DNA from: Bacteroidales bacterium
GTDB taxonomy: Bacteria > Bacteroidota > Bacteroidia > Bacteroidales > UBA7960
Direction of reading: 5' to 3'
DNA: 52,937 bases
NCBI GenBank assembly: GCA_046483935.1
Contig: JAWOCF010000228.1
Coordinates: 1 to 52,937 of the forward strand
The notes beneath the pieces are model-generated. The model was not told the DNA's origin. It made no database searches and saw nothing but the letters and a program-made list of their open reading frames with translations. Shown one piece after another: positions 19,651 to 29,623 of the stretch (its first letter is position 1; the number at the start of each line of letters is the position of its first letter). A program made the translations under genes and the position numbers.

Positions 19651-19785
19651 CCTGATCAAAGCCATATCAGAACTGATTCAAAAACGGATCAAAAACGTAC
19701 TTCAAACGTACTTCAGACGTAAAATTACGTCTGAACTACGTCTGAACTACGTCTGAACTACGTTTGAACTCCGAATTTGATCAGG
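19651..19785. repeat. Mirrored 11-bp tandem repeat array (unit TACGTCTGAAC) forming a long imperfect palindrome
   Basis: Left CTTCAAACGTA, CTTCAGACGTA; centre about 19723; right TACGTCTGAAC x3 plus TACGTTTGAAC; outer CCTGATCAAA/TTTGATCAGG. Confidence 0.9.
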
Positions 19786-19806
19786 CCTTATTACAGAGAA
19801 GAAATG

Positions 19807-19836
19807 TGTAGAGACGCAATGCATTGCGCCTCTACA
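19807..19836. repeat. GTAG-type REP-like palindrome
   Basis: TGTAGAGACGCAATGCATTGCGCCTCTACA, a 30-bp palindrome with one mismatch, containing the GTAG tetranucleotide. Confidence 0.7.
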
Positions 19837-19840
19837 GTGT

Positions 19841-19877
19841 AAAAAAAACCGCCTCAGAAGTTCCTTCTGAGACGGTC
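19841..19877 (-). terminator. Intrinsic terminator of the S41 peptidase gene
   Basis: Stem ACCG(C)CTCAGAAG/CTTCTGAG(A)CGGT followed by a U8 tract on the minus strand. Confidence 0.8.
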
Positions 19878-19900
19878 TGTATTGTTTGTTTCCGGCTTCT

Positions 19901-22900
19901 TTAATCCAGCACTTCTGAAACTTTTAATGTCCCCATCAAATGTTCAATAGCCTTATCAAGCTGCGGATCGTTATTATTCAAACGGTCCTCAAAGCTGTTG
20001 TGCACTTCAATGTCAGGAGCCACACCCGTCATTTCCAGATTTCTTCCATCCAGGGTGTAGCATCCCCAGCTTGGTAAACGACAGTATGAGCCATCTACCA
20101 TACTTTTGCCGGAAGTAAAGATGATCCAGCGGTAGGTTTCGGTGCCGATAATGGTTCCCAGATCCAGGGCACGGAATCCTTCGGCGGTCATTTCCGCATC
20201 ACTCAGGCTGCGTTCATTAATCAACAGGGTGATGGGGCTGCCCGAGGGCGAGAAATTGGGCTGAGGGGCCAGTTCACCACCCCGGTACTTCCAGGTCAGG
20301 TAGGGACGTTGGGAGAGAAACTGCAACACCTCATCATGAACATTACCTCCACGGTTAAACCTGATATCCACGATCAAGCCTTCCTTGTTCATGGCGTGTG
20401 TGGTCATATCAATCAGGAACTGTTCCAAAGACCCCTGGCCCATGTCCTTCATGAAGACATAGCCCAATCGGCCTCCTGACTGTTCTGCCACATATTCTCT
20501 GTTTGCGGCAATCCACTGATCATAATAAAAAGCATCCATCTGACCCATCGTATGAGGCTTCACGCGCACCTCAAATTCATTGTCACCCCTGCTAAAAGTG
20601 AGCAGGAGTTCATCAGGCAGACTGGAGTAATAAAACAACTGGTTGCGGTTGTCTTCCAGGCGGGTGCGTTTGCCATTCACCGCCACCAGCACATCGCCCG
20701 GGCGCACAGGTTCGCCCGTAAGGTCCAGATGACTATCAGGAAGAATTTCCTTCACCAGGAATGGACGCTGGTTGTCAAATACAATTCCTGATTCGGCGAT
20801 TCGGGCAGAATAAAACGATTTTTCTTCCTCTCCATTGCTTGAAAACCCGGTGTGCGAGGCGTTTAGTTCGCCCAGCATGTCGTTGAGCAACACCCTGAGG
20901 TTCTGGCGGGTGCGCACATGGGGCAACTGACTGGCATACTGATCACGTTTGGCCTCCCAGTCTACTCCATGAAAATCATCGGAGTAGAAGTTCTCAGCAA
21001 TGGAAGCCCATGTTTCGTAAAAGATCTGGGAAAATTCGTTGGCCAGATTGCGCGAAAAGGTGTGTGTGATATTGATGGCCTCGGTCTTATTCTGTGAAAG
21101 GTTTATTTTGTGAATATTACCCTGTGCCAGCATGAAAAGCTCGTCGCCGGCATTCACCACCTGGGCGTTCATTCCGGGGCGGGCTCCTTCAATACGCACC
21201 ACATCGGGGTCTTCAAAAGGGGTCAATTCTTTTTTCCACAAAACAAATGATCCTTCATCATGATTGGAAGTAAACAACAAAATGTCTTCATTCTTTATTC
21301 TGAACACATAAGGCGACCATTGTTTGCCAATGCGTGCCACATTCACAGGTTCCCAGCGCTCATGAATACGCTCCAGATCAATAGAGACGACTTCAGGGTC
21401 CTTATTTTTCTCTTCATCCTGTTCCTGAAACAAGGCATCAAAACGCTCAGACTTTTTGTCGGCCTGAATTCTTTGCAGGGGAATGCGGTAGATACGGTCC
21501 TGGGTGTTGCCCCGGGGATAATTGGCCTGATAACGATCGGTCACAAAATAGATGTACCTGCCGCAAGGCGACCACCAGGGCAGCCTTTCAGATACGCCTG
21601 TTTTGGTTAGCTCAATGGTTTCATTGTTTTTGATGTCGTGTACCAGGATGTTCTGCTCAAAGTTGCGGAAGGCCGTAAATACAATATGTGAGCCATCGGG
21701 CGAAAAACGTGGCGCAGAATTCTGAAACCCCCATAGTTCATCGGTAACAAGGATCTGGGTGGTCAGGTTGGCGGCATCCAGCAGCATCACATGATTGCGG
21801 CCGCTCAGGTAAACACCGCTCTTACGGTCGGGGCTCATGGTCAGCATGCGGGCACTTTCGGGCTTTTCTTCAATTATCCGTTCCTTGCCTTTTCCATTGG
21901 CATCAACAGCATAGAGATTGGTCCATCCATTGTTGGTTCTCAGGAAAAACAAGGTCTTGTTGTCGTGGGCCCACATTACTTCTGTAACGCGTTCAAGGGG
22001 ATTGGTAACCACCTGGCGCACGAACTTTCCTTCAACATCGGAGACAAACAATTCGCCCCGCGAGACAAATGCCAGCTTCTTTTTATCGGGCGACACATCG
22101 AAAGTGGTAATGTTGCCTTTCACCTGGAAACTCTGTTCAAACGACAAGCTGTTTTGCTGGTACAATTTGATATCAGGCGTGTTGGTTTTTCCGGAAGCCA
22201 CATCATACACCATGATCTGATAATCTTTTTCAAACACGATTTTTGACCCGTCAGCACTTACCTGAGGCCTGCCGATAGAGGTCTGGAAGCTGGTCAGGGA
22301 AGTTTTCGCGTTGTCGCGCAAGGCATACAGATTGTATTCCTTGTTTAACTCATCGGAAGCAAAATACAGGTTTCCCTGGCGGTCTACCGTAGGCCACATA
22401 TCTTTCCCTTCATATTGGGTGAGTTTGCTGAAGGCTTTGGTTTTGGGATTATACGACAGCAAATCAGGGTTGTGTGCACCCACGTAGCGCTTGCGATGTG
22501 CAAACCGAAGGCTCTCCCAGGAGTCGGTAAAGATGAAATCGCCGCTCACCGGATTCTCTGCCAGATGATGGGGCACATTGAAGTAGTGATCAAAGAGCCT
22601 GACGGGGGTGCCCCCATCCAAAGCTACTTTATAGATGCTGTTCATATTGGCCCGGTTCGACGAAAAATAGACATAGCGTGAGTCCCAGGTCCAGGATTCT
22701 AGCAGGTCGTCACTCTGGTGAAAGGTGAGTTGCCGGATTTCTCCTCCCTGGGCAGGCACTACAAAAATGTTGGTATTGCCATCGACCGTAGCAGAAAATG
22801 CGATCCAGCGGCCATCGGGCGAGAAACGAGGCAGAAACTCCCTGCCTGCCATCCCTGTAATGCGCGAGGCGTTACCCCCTTGAACATCTACTTTCCACAA

Positions 22901-23038
22901 GTCAGTTTCATAACTAAACACGATGGTTCGGCCATCGGGCGAGAGCGAAGGATCAGAAACAAAGCGCGCCTCAGCCGTTGCTGCCACCGACCATAACAGC
23001 ATGAAGGTTCCCAGGAGTGTAAAAATCAGTTTGTTCAT
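19901..23038 (-). CDS. Tricorn-like S41 family peptidase (beta-propellers, PDZ, S41 domain), exported
   Basis: Signal peptide; PD40-like repeats (SPDGR); LGELNASH; DIRFNRGG; SLSDAE; GVAPDIEV. Confidence 0.92.
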   Translation of the reverse strand: MNKLIFTLLGTFMLLWSVAATAEARFVSDPSLSPDGRTIVFSYETDLWKVDVQGGNASRITGMAGREFLPRFSPDGRWIAFSATVDGNTNIFVVPAQGGEIRQLTFHQSDDLLESWTWDSRYVYFSSNRANMNSIYKVALDGGTPVRLFDHYFNVPHHLAENPVSGDFIFTDSWESLRFAHRKRYVGAHNPDLLSYNPKTKAFSKLTQYEGKDMWPTVDRQGNLYFASDELNKEYNLYALRDNAKTSLTSFQTSIGRPQVSADGSKIVFEKDYQIMVYDVASGKTNTPDIKLYQQNSLSFEQSFQVKGNITTFDVSPDKKKLAFVSRGELFVSDVEGKFVRQVVTNPLERVTEVMWAHDNKTLFFLRTNNGWTNLYAVDANGKGKERIIEEKPESARMLTMSPDRKSGVYLSGRNHVMLLDAANLTTQILVTDELWGFQNSAPRFSPDGSHIVFTAFRNFEQNILVHDIKNNETIELTKTGVSERLPWWSPCGRYIYFVTDRYQANYPRGNTQDRIYRIPLQRIQADKKSERFDALFQEQDEEKNKDPEVVSIDLERIHERWEPVNVARIGKQWSPYVFRIKNEDILLFTSNHDEGSFVLWKKELTPFEDPDVVRIEGARPGMNAQVVNAGDELFMLAQGNIHKINLSQNKTEAINITHTFSRNLANEFSQIFYETWASIAENFYSDDFHGVDWEAKRDQYASQLPHVRTRQNLRVLLNDMLGELNASHTGFSSNGEEEKSFYSARIAESGIVFDNQRPFLVKEILPDSHLDLTGEPVRPGDVLVAVNGKRTRLEDNRNQLFYYSSLPDELLLTFSRGDNEFEVRVKPHTMGQMDAFYYDQWIAANREYVAEQSGGRLGYVFMKDMGQGSLEQFLIDMTTHAMNKEGLIVDIRFNRGGNVHDEVLQFLSQRPYLTWKYRGGELAPQPNFSPSGSPITLLINERSLSDAEMTAEGFRALDLGTIIGTETYRWIIFTSGKSMVDGSYCRLPSWGCYTLDGRNLEMTGVAPDIEVHNSFEDRLNNNDPQLDKAIEHLMGTLKVSEVLD

Positions 23039-23174
23039 AAAATAAAAGATGAGTGGTTAAAATTGCAAATAAACCTGCGATCAGATCAATCTGATTCACA
23101 TTAACGGGCATAAAAATAGCAAGAATTCTCTTTCTTCAGGTAACTGCCGGCCTTTTAAAGGCAATGAAACAGGA

Positions 23175-23924
23175 TTATCTGTTTTCCCAGTACGACAACA
23201 GCAAACAACGAGTGGTGCCGTCGGAGGTTGATATCCGGTGCAGAAATTGGTATCCATCAGCGGTTTGCTGCTGCCGGGCCTCCGAGAGGATTATCTCGCC
23301 ATAGGCCGTTTCCTTTTTAAAGGCAATGCGGATGTTTCTGAGTATTCCCTGATCCCGCACTTCGGGGGGAAGTGCTTCAAGGGCCCACTCCACGTAATGG
23401 GTATTGTTGACATGATTGTTTACATCTATATCGGAGAATCGAACGGGAAACGACTTTGACAGATCTACCCGTTCCAGGCAGGGAACATCAGCCATATCAG
23501 GCTTGAATTCCTCAGCCCCTGCATGCCCGTAAGCCTGTTTCATATCCTCATTCACGCGCATGGGCCGGCGTGTTTTGGGATTGATAAACAACCAGGAGGT
23601 GTCGGCCGTGATCAGAGGCTTGTTGTTTGAATCCAGCACCCAGTATTTTCTGAATCCCATAAATTTATAGGTGGAAACAGGCTGTGTTCGCAGGGTCACT
23701 ACTTCCGAAAACCGGGGAAGTCGCTGAATCTGGATGTCGAACTGGTGCAGCACCCAGGCCACATCATGTTTCTGGTAATAATCCAGCCCGACGCCTTCGG
23801 CATGGCTCTGCATCAGGGCCATCTCCTCAAAATAACGCATCAGGTAAGGAATATCCAGCTCGTTGCGCAGATTGGTTTCATAAATGTGAACATAATAATT
23901 TCTCTCGAAGATTTTTCCACTCAT
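23175..23924 (-). CDS. Acyl-ACP thioesterase (double hotdog)
   Basis: VRFSDIDVNNHVNNTHYVEW motif. Confidence 0.9.
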   Translation of the reverse strand: MSGKIFERNYYVHIYETNLRNELDIPYLMRYFEEMALMQSHAEGVGLDYYQKHDVAWVLHQFDIQIQRLPRFSEVVTLRTQPVSTYKFMGFRKYWVLDSNNKPLITADTSWLFINPKTRRPMRVNEDMKQAYGHAGAEEFKPDMADVPCLERVDLSKSFPVRFSDIDVNNHVNNTHYVEWALEALPPEVRDQGILRNIRIAFKKETAYGEIILSEARQQQTADGYQFLHRISTSDGTTRCLLLSYWENR

Positions 23925-23937
23925 TTGCTAATAGAAT

Positions 23938-25020
23938 TTACCGGGATGAATAATATAAATCTTGGGTGGCCTGACGGTTGATCTTTCCGCTTTCCAGATA
24001 CACAAATCTGTCAAGCATAATCACTTTGCGGGGAACTTCGTAAGGATCAAGGCGTTGCTCCAGATGTTCCTGTATCTGCTGCTTTTGATTTTCCCGCGGT
24101 GGGGCTTCAACAAAAAGCACCGGGATCTGACCTGCCGAGGGATGTTGTTCACCGGCAAGGAAGAAAGGAGATGAAAGCCATGACCCGATCTTTTGTTCTA
24201 TCACCGCAGGATGCAACTTATGGCCTGCGCTGATTATTACATCATCCTTGCGGCCCAGCACCTGAAACCTGTTGTTTTTAACAAGCACCAGGTCGTTGGT
24301 CACCACCTTCTCCGGAATGATGGCAGGAGCGTTGATCACCAGGCACCCCCTCGGGTCTGCAGATACTTCCACTCCGGGCAGGGGGGTGAACCAATCGGAG
24401 CGTTCAGGGCCGTTCATTGGTCTGAGGGCTATATGCGATAAGGTCTCAGTCATGCCATAGGTATGCCAGCAGTTGGTTTTCAGGTGCATGAGTTGCTGCT
24501 CCAGCAAGGGTGATACAGCGCCCCCGCCTATGATCAGGATGCTCACCTGTTCCATTTTTTCAGGATTATGCTTCAGCACATTGGCCACCTGCAAGGGCAC
24601 CATGGCCGAGAAATCAACATCCTGAGTCAGTGCCTCCAAGGGGTTTGCCCCCACATGGGTAGTCAGCAGATCCATGCCGTGAGCCAGCGCCCTGACGATC
24701 AACATCTTGCCGGCCACGAAATCAGGCGACAGACAAAGGTGTGCTGTCATGCCTGGCTTCAGCTTAAAGAACCGTCCGGTCATCTCAGCACTGGCCATCA
24801 TGGCCTTTTTGGGTAGAATCACCTTTTTGGGCGGGCCTGTAGAACCGGAAGTAAATAAGGTAATCCCTTGCGTGTCATCAAACCATTGATGCAGAAATTC
24901 CAATACTTTTCTTACCAGTGGGTCATCCAACTCAGGGTGCACCCCAGGTTCAGACAGTGACCTCCTGCTGTGCCACCTGCCATTGAGCGTGATGCCTGAC
25001 TGACTTTCATAATTATTCAT
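23938..25020 (-). CDS. menE: O-succinylbenzoate--CoA ligase
   Basis: TSGSTGPPK, TYGMTETLSH, TNDLV, GRKDDVIISAG; men operon context; ATG 25020 overlaps the end of menC. Confidence 0.88.
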   Translation of the reverse strand: MNNYESQSGITLNGRWHSRRSLSEPGVHPELDDPLVRKVLEFLHQWFDDTQGITLFTSGSTGPPKKVILPKKAMMASAEMTGRFFKLKPGMTAHLCLSPDFVAGKMLIVRALAHGMDLLTTHVGANPLEALTQDVDFSAMVPLQVANVLKHNPEKMEQVSILIIGGGAVSPLLEQQLMHLKTNCWHTYGMTETLSHIALRPMNGPERSDWFTPLPGVEVSADPRGCLVINAPAIIPEKVVTNDLVLVKNNRFQVLGRKDDVIISAGHKLHPAVIEQKIGSWLSSPFFLAGEQHPSAGQIPVLFVEAPPRENQKQQIQEHLEQRLDPYEVPRKVIMLDRFVYLESGKINRQATQDLYYSSR

Positions 25021-26074
25021 GAGCAAGCGCATTGAGGTCCCATGGCTGATGGGGCAAATGAAACAGCCTGCCCCCTTCGATGTGCAAAGGAGAAGGAATG
25101 TTGTTGATATAAAGCTGGCCGGTGCCCAGGCCCTGGATCACCTGTGGGGCAGTGGCATAAGTCCATTGGGCAATGGCATTCAAGCCGATGTTCGATTCCA
25201 GGGCTGAGGTGGCCCACCAGCCAATATCAAGGGTTTCAGCCAGGCTGACCCATTGGTCTGCAGCCTGCAAGCCACCCAGCAAACTGGGTTTCAAAATGAT
25301 ATAATGAGGTTGGATCATCCGGAGCATTTGCTGGCACATGTCATCGCCATAGATTCCAATCAATTCTTCATCCAGTGCAATGGCCACAGGGGTATCGGCA
25401 CATAATCGGGCCATTTGTTTCCATTGCCCCTGTTTGATGGGCTGTTCAACCGAATGAATGTGCAGCGGGGCCAGCCGGTCAAGATATTCCAGGGCCCTAT
25501 CGGCTGAAAAGGCGCCATTGGCATCCAGCCTGATCTCTATGGCTGTGGCATCAAATTTCTTCCTGATGCTGGCAATCAGCGCCAGCTCCTGTTCAAAGTC
25601 AATCGCCCCGATCTTTATCTTGATGCAGGTGAAGCCGGCATCAAGTTTGTCGGCGATCTGCTGCTGCATGTACTCAGGCTCGCCCATCCAGATCAGCCCG
25701 TTAATGGGGATGCCATATGTTCCCCTTGTGAAGTCATTATCGTCAAATAACCTTCTGCCACCTTTTGCAAGGTCTTCCAGCGCTGTTTCGAGGGCAAACC
25801 CGATGGCAGGAAACTGCTGGCCTTTCTCAGAAAGCCATTCCTGGTGCTGGTTGATAGTGCTGCACAGTTTTTTTAACTCCCCCTCCACCTGGTGTTGATC
25901 ATCAGGGCTGAGGCCCGGAATCAGCCCGCACTCGCCAATGCCGGTAATCTCCGGGCTGTCAGTATCAGTAACCAGCAGATACCAGGTTTGGCGCGAAAGC
26001 AGCACCCCGCGCGAGGTGCCGGCAGGCCTGCGAAAAATCATGGGATGAAAGACATAGCGGGCCTGCAGCATCAT
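25013..26074 (-). CDS. menC: O-succinylbenzoate synthase
   Basis: Enolase-superfamily KIKIG, RLDANG, EQP, LDEEL, ILKP. Confidence 0.92.
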   Translation of the reverse strand: MMLQARYVFHPMIFRRPAGTSRGVLLSRQTWYLLVTDTDSPEITGIGECGLIPGLSPDDQHQVEGELKKLCSTINQHQEWLSEKGQQFPAIGFALETALEDLAKGGRRLFDDNDFTRGTYGIPINGLIWMGEPEYMQQQIADKLDAGFTCIKIKIGAIDFEQELALIASIRKKFDATAIEIRLDANGAFSADRALEYLDRLAPLHIHSVEQPIKQGQWKQMARLCADTPVAIALDEELIGIYGDDMCQQMLRMIQPHYIILKPSLLGGLQAADQWVSLAETLDIGWWATSALESNIGLNAIAQWTYATAPQVIQGLGTGQLYINNIPSPLHIEGGRLFHLPHQPWDLNALAHE

Positions 26075-26973
26075 CAGAGGTTTAAGAATATGCCAAATAA
26101 GAGGGTGAGCAATAAGGTTTTTAAAGCCAGCTTACGCAGAAAAGGGTCAAGGCGGGCTCCTCCTTTTATCTGTGCGATCGTCACCAGATCGACAATAAAC
26201 AAAGGCAATACCAGCAGAAAGAGGTAAGCCTGTATGCCGGCTCCTGTAAGAATGAGCCAGATCGTGAGCAGCACAAATGGCAGCAGCACCAGCATGCAAT
26301 GATATATAAAGGCTTTCTTCAGCCCCAGCTTCACTACCATAGTATTTTTCTGGCTCATCCTGTCATTATCAATATCGCGCATGTTGTTCAGGTTCAACAC
26401 CCCGGTGCTGAGCAACCCCATGGCCGAAGCAGGCAACAATACGATAGGATGCCACTGCCCGGTAGCCAGATAAAAAGTACCTCCCACGGCCAGCAGCCCA
26501 AAGAACAGAAAGACAAATAGATCGCCCAGTCCCTGGTAACCATAAGGATTGCGGCCAATGGTATACTTAATAGCGGCAGCAATGGCACCCAGCCCCATCA
26601 GGATGAATAAAACAGCCGCAGAAGCATCCAGGCTGGCAGAATGAAAGATCAGGATCAAACCACTGGCCAGCGACAACACGGAGAATACGGCAATGGCTGC
26701 TTTCATGGCTCCCGACGAGATTTCGCCCGATTGCACGGTACGCCTGGGCCCTACCCGCCTGTCATTATCTATTCCTGAAAAGGAATCCCCGTAATCATTG
26801 GCCAGATTGGATAGTATCTGCAAAAACAAAGTGGTAAGGGCAGCCATCATCACCACCTGCAGCCTGAATCCCGGGTATTGGGAAGCCACCACGCCACCCA
26901 TGGCTATGCTGGAGAGGGCCAGGGGGAGGGTACGCAGGCGGGCTGCCCGGATCCATGATCTAAATGATGCCAT
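26074..26973 (-). CDS. menA: 1,4-dihydroxy-2-naphthoate prenyltransferase
   Basis: ARLRTLPL, NLANDYGD, PYGYQGLGD, NNMRDIDND. Confidence 0.95.
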   Translation of the reverse strand: MASFRSWIRAARLRTLPLALSSIAMGGVVASQYPGFRLQVVMMAALTTLFLQILSNLANDYGDSFSGIDNDRRVGPRRTVQSGEISSGAMKAAIAVFSVLSLASGLILIFHSASLDASAAVLFILMGLGAIAAAIKYTIGRNPYGYQGLGDLFVFLFFGLLAVGGTFYLATGQWHPIVLLPASAMGLLSTGVLNLNNMRDIDNDRMSQKNTMVVKLGLKKAFIYHCMLVLLPFVLLTIWLILTGAGIQAYLFLLVLPLFIVDLVTIAQIKGGARLDPFLRKLALKTLLLTLLFGIFLNL

Positions 26974-26981
26974 GCCGGGAG

Positions 26982-27803
26982 TTAAGGAAATTTGGGGTAT
27001 TTATGGAAATCAGGTTTTCTCTTTTCCAGGAAGGCTTCCTTGCCCTCCTGGGCTTCCTGGGTCAGGTAATACAAGAGGGTGGCATTTCCGGCAAACTCCT
27101 GAATACCAACCTGACCATCAAGTTCAGCATTCATTCCCAGCTTGATCATGCGCAGCGCCATGGGGCTTCTTTCCATCATAATCTGGCACCATTCAACAGT
27201 AGCATCCTCCAATTGCTCCAGAGGCACCACCTTGTTCACCAGCCCCATGTCAAGGGCTTCCTGTGCACTGTAAAACTGGTTGAGAAACCAGATCTCGCGA
27301 GCTTTTTTTTGCCCTACAATACTTGCCAGATAACTGGATCCCAGTCCTGCATCAAAACTACCCACTTTAGGCCCCACCTGCCCGAAGCGGGCATTGTCGG
27401 AGGCCACCGTCAGGTCGCAGATCACATGCAGCACATGACCGCCACCTACCGCCCAGCCATTTACCATGGCCACTACGGGCTTGGGCATAGAGCGGATTTT
27501 GCGTTGTACCTCCAGCACATTCAAACGGGGAATGCCATGTTCGTCAACATAGCCTCCGTGGCCCTTCACCTGCTGATCGCCCCCACTGCAGAAAGCTTTA
27601 TCTCCTTCACCGGTAATGATAATGGTATAAATGTCCTGACTCTCGCGGCAAGTATCCAAGGCTTCAGCCATTTCAAAAATGGTATGCGGACGGAAGGCAT
27701 TGTGTACTTCCGGCCTGTTAATGGTAATTTTTGCAATATGATCGTAGATCTCAAAGCGGATGTCTTCAAAATCTTTCAGGGAAGTCCAGGTTCTTTTCTC
27801 CAT
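26982..27803 (-). CDS. menB: 1,4-dihydroxy-2-naphthoyl-CoA synthase
   Basis: [33 protein letters not shown]. Confidence 0.97.
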   Translation of the reverse strand: MEKRTWTSLKDFEDIRFEIYDHIAKITINRPEVHNAFRPHTIFEMAEALDTCRESQDIYTIIITGEGDKAFCSGGDQQVKGHGGYVDEHGIPRLNVLEVQRKIRSMPKPVVAMVNGWAVGGGHVLHVICDLTVASDNARFGQVGPKVGSFDAGLGSSYLASIVGQKKAREIWFLNQFYSAQEALDMGLVNKVVPLEQLEDATVEWCQIMMERSPMALRMIKLGMNAELDGQVGIQEFAGNATLLYYLTQEAQEGKEAFLEKRKPDFHKYPKFP

Positions 27804-27930
27804 GATAATCTGATTTGTTAAATGATGAAAACTAATAAAAGAAATGGGCTTTTACAGTACTCAAAATTAACAAAAATCCAGCAGAGGCTTCTAAAAAAGT
27901 AGTCTGATACCTGTTTAAAGAATGGAATTT

Positions 27931-29607
27931 CTACTGCATGGCTGTGAAATAATCCCGTAAGATAGTGGCGCTTGCTTCGGGAGGACTTTTGACTTCCAGA
28001 ATTATAGGTCGTTCTGAAGGGGCAAAGAAATCAGGCATGGCATCTTTTAGTGCAGCGGCATTGTCAGCCTGCAGGTATTTCACATTGAACGCCATGGCAA
28101 TATGTTTAGCAGAGGTTTGATGCCTGGCTTCAAAGAACTCTTCCAGGAAATCAGTCTGATCGGGTCCTTCAATGAACCGGAAGATGCCCCCTCCCTGGTT
28201 GTTGATCATGATGATGCGCAGGTTGGCTGGCAGGTGCTTGTTCCACAATGCATTGGAATCATAAAAGAAGCCAATGTCGCCGGTGATCATCAGGGTAGGC
28301 TTGCCGGATGCCAAACAGGCTCCGGCAGCAGTGGAAATGCTCCCATCAATGCCTGAGGTTCCACGGTTGGAATCAAACCTGTTGGCCTGTGCAGGCTCAA
28401 AAAGCTGTGAATAACGCACCGGGGTGCTGTTGGCAAGTTGAATGTCATAGCTGGCTGGCACGACCTCCATGATGGTCTGAAAGATCTTCAGATCTGACCA
28501 CGGGCACTGGGCCAGGAAGGCATCATGAGCCTGGTGAGCCTTGCCAGACAGGACGCTCCAATGTTGCCCGTAACCGGAAGGCACCTGCTGCATATGAGGC
28601 TTCAATTGCTCAAACAAACCGGAGGCTTCCATCGGGATCACCTTTGTAAGATGCTGATAGGTATCCATGTTCAGGCCGGAAGCATCGACATGCCAGTGTG
28701 CCTTTACAGGTGCCTGTCGCAGGAATGCCTTGATGCGTTTGGACACCACCGCCCCGCCCAGGGTGATCAGAAGATCGGGCTGGAATGGTGAATGATCGCC
28801 GGGCATGGCCGACAGGCAACGGTCAATACAAGCTATGAAGCGGGGGTGAACAATATTGGAAGTGGTTTCTGAGAGCACCACCACCGAGGGATCTTCCGAC
28901 AGCGCGGCCAGCAGCTCCTGCAGCCTGGCATCAGGATTCATCTGTCCTGCCAGGATCATTTTCCGGGGATGCTGCTTCCAGGCTGCCGACAATTCATTTA
29001 TGCCATCCTCAGCAAGCACAGACCGTAAGGACTGAATGATAAAATCTTTGGGGGGTGGCCCGTCAGCTGGTTGTTTGTTGTACAAAGGTTCGGAAAACGG
29101 CAGGTTGATATGCACCGGGCCGGCAACCGGAAAGACACATTCATTCAGGGCTTCACTCACCAGCCTGTTGGCATACCACAGATCATCACGGGTGTTTATG
29201 GTCTGAGGCAACTGCATGCTCCTGCGTATATAATTGGCAAAGACATTGGACTGGCGGATGGTTTGCCCGTCGCCCTGATCAATATATTCAACAGGGCGGT
29301 CGGCAGTAAGCACCAGCAAGGGGATCCGCTGATAGTAGGCTTCGGCAATGGCAGGGGCATAATTAAGAGGGGCAGAACCAGAGGTACAGGCCAGGGCCAC
29401 GGGCTTCCGGAGCTGCTGGGCCATGCCCAGGGCGAAGAAGGCAGCACTGCGCTCATCGACAATGGAAAGGCATTGCATGGCGTTGCGCCTGCAGAATGCC
29501 TCAATGATGGGTGCATTGCGCGAACCCGGAGAAATTACCAGGTGCCGGATGCCACGTTGTTCCATTAACTGTGCAAGATATTCAAGGCCTGTTCGGTCGT
29601 TCAGCAT
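27931..29607 (-). CDS. menD: SEPHCHC synthase
   Basis: ISPGSRNAP, DERSAAFFALG, CTSGSA, GPVHIN, NRGTSGIDG, GD..FFYD.N; ATG 29607 preferred. Confidence 0.95.
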   Translation of the reverse strand: MLNDRTGLEYLAQLMEQRGIRHLVISPGSRNAPIIEAFCRRNAMQCLSIVDERSAAFFALGMAQQLRKPVALACTSGSAPLNYAPAIAEAYYQRIPLLVLTADRPVEYIDQGDGQTIRQSNVFANYIRRSMQLPQTINTRDDLWYANRLVSEALNECVFPVAGPVHINLPFSEPLYNKQPADGPPPKDFIIQSLRSVLAEDGINELSAAWKQHPRKMILAGQMNPDARLQELLAALSEDPSVVVLSETTSNIVHPRFIACIDRCLSAMPGDHSPFQPDLLITLGGAVVSKRIKAFLRQAPVKAHWHVDASGLNMDTYQHLTKVIPMEASGLFEQLKPHMQQVPSGYGQHWSVLSGKAHQAHDAFLAQCPWSDLKIFQTIMEVVPASYDIQLANSTPVRYSQLFEPAQANRFDSNRGTSGIDGSISTAAGACLASGKPTLMITGDIGFFYDSNALWNKHLPANLRIIMINNQGGGIFRFIEGPDQTDFLEEFFEARHQTSAKHIAMAFNVKYLQADNAAALKDAMPDFFAPSERPIILEVKSPPEASATILRDYFTAMQ

Positions 29608-29623
29608 GTTGTAAAGATCAGAA

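Noticed and set aside
19690-19770. Possible CRISPR array (also considered for 49571-49688 and 42678-44059)
   Set aside because: Units are 7-11 bp and contiguous with no unique spacers, and there are no cas genes in the window
26964-27821. 285-aa + strand ORF
   Set aside because: Antisense shadow of menB
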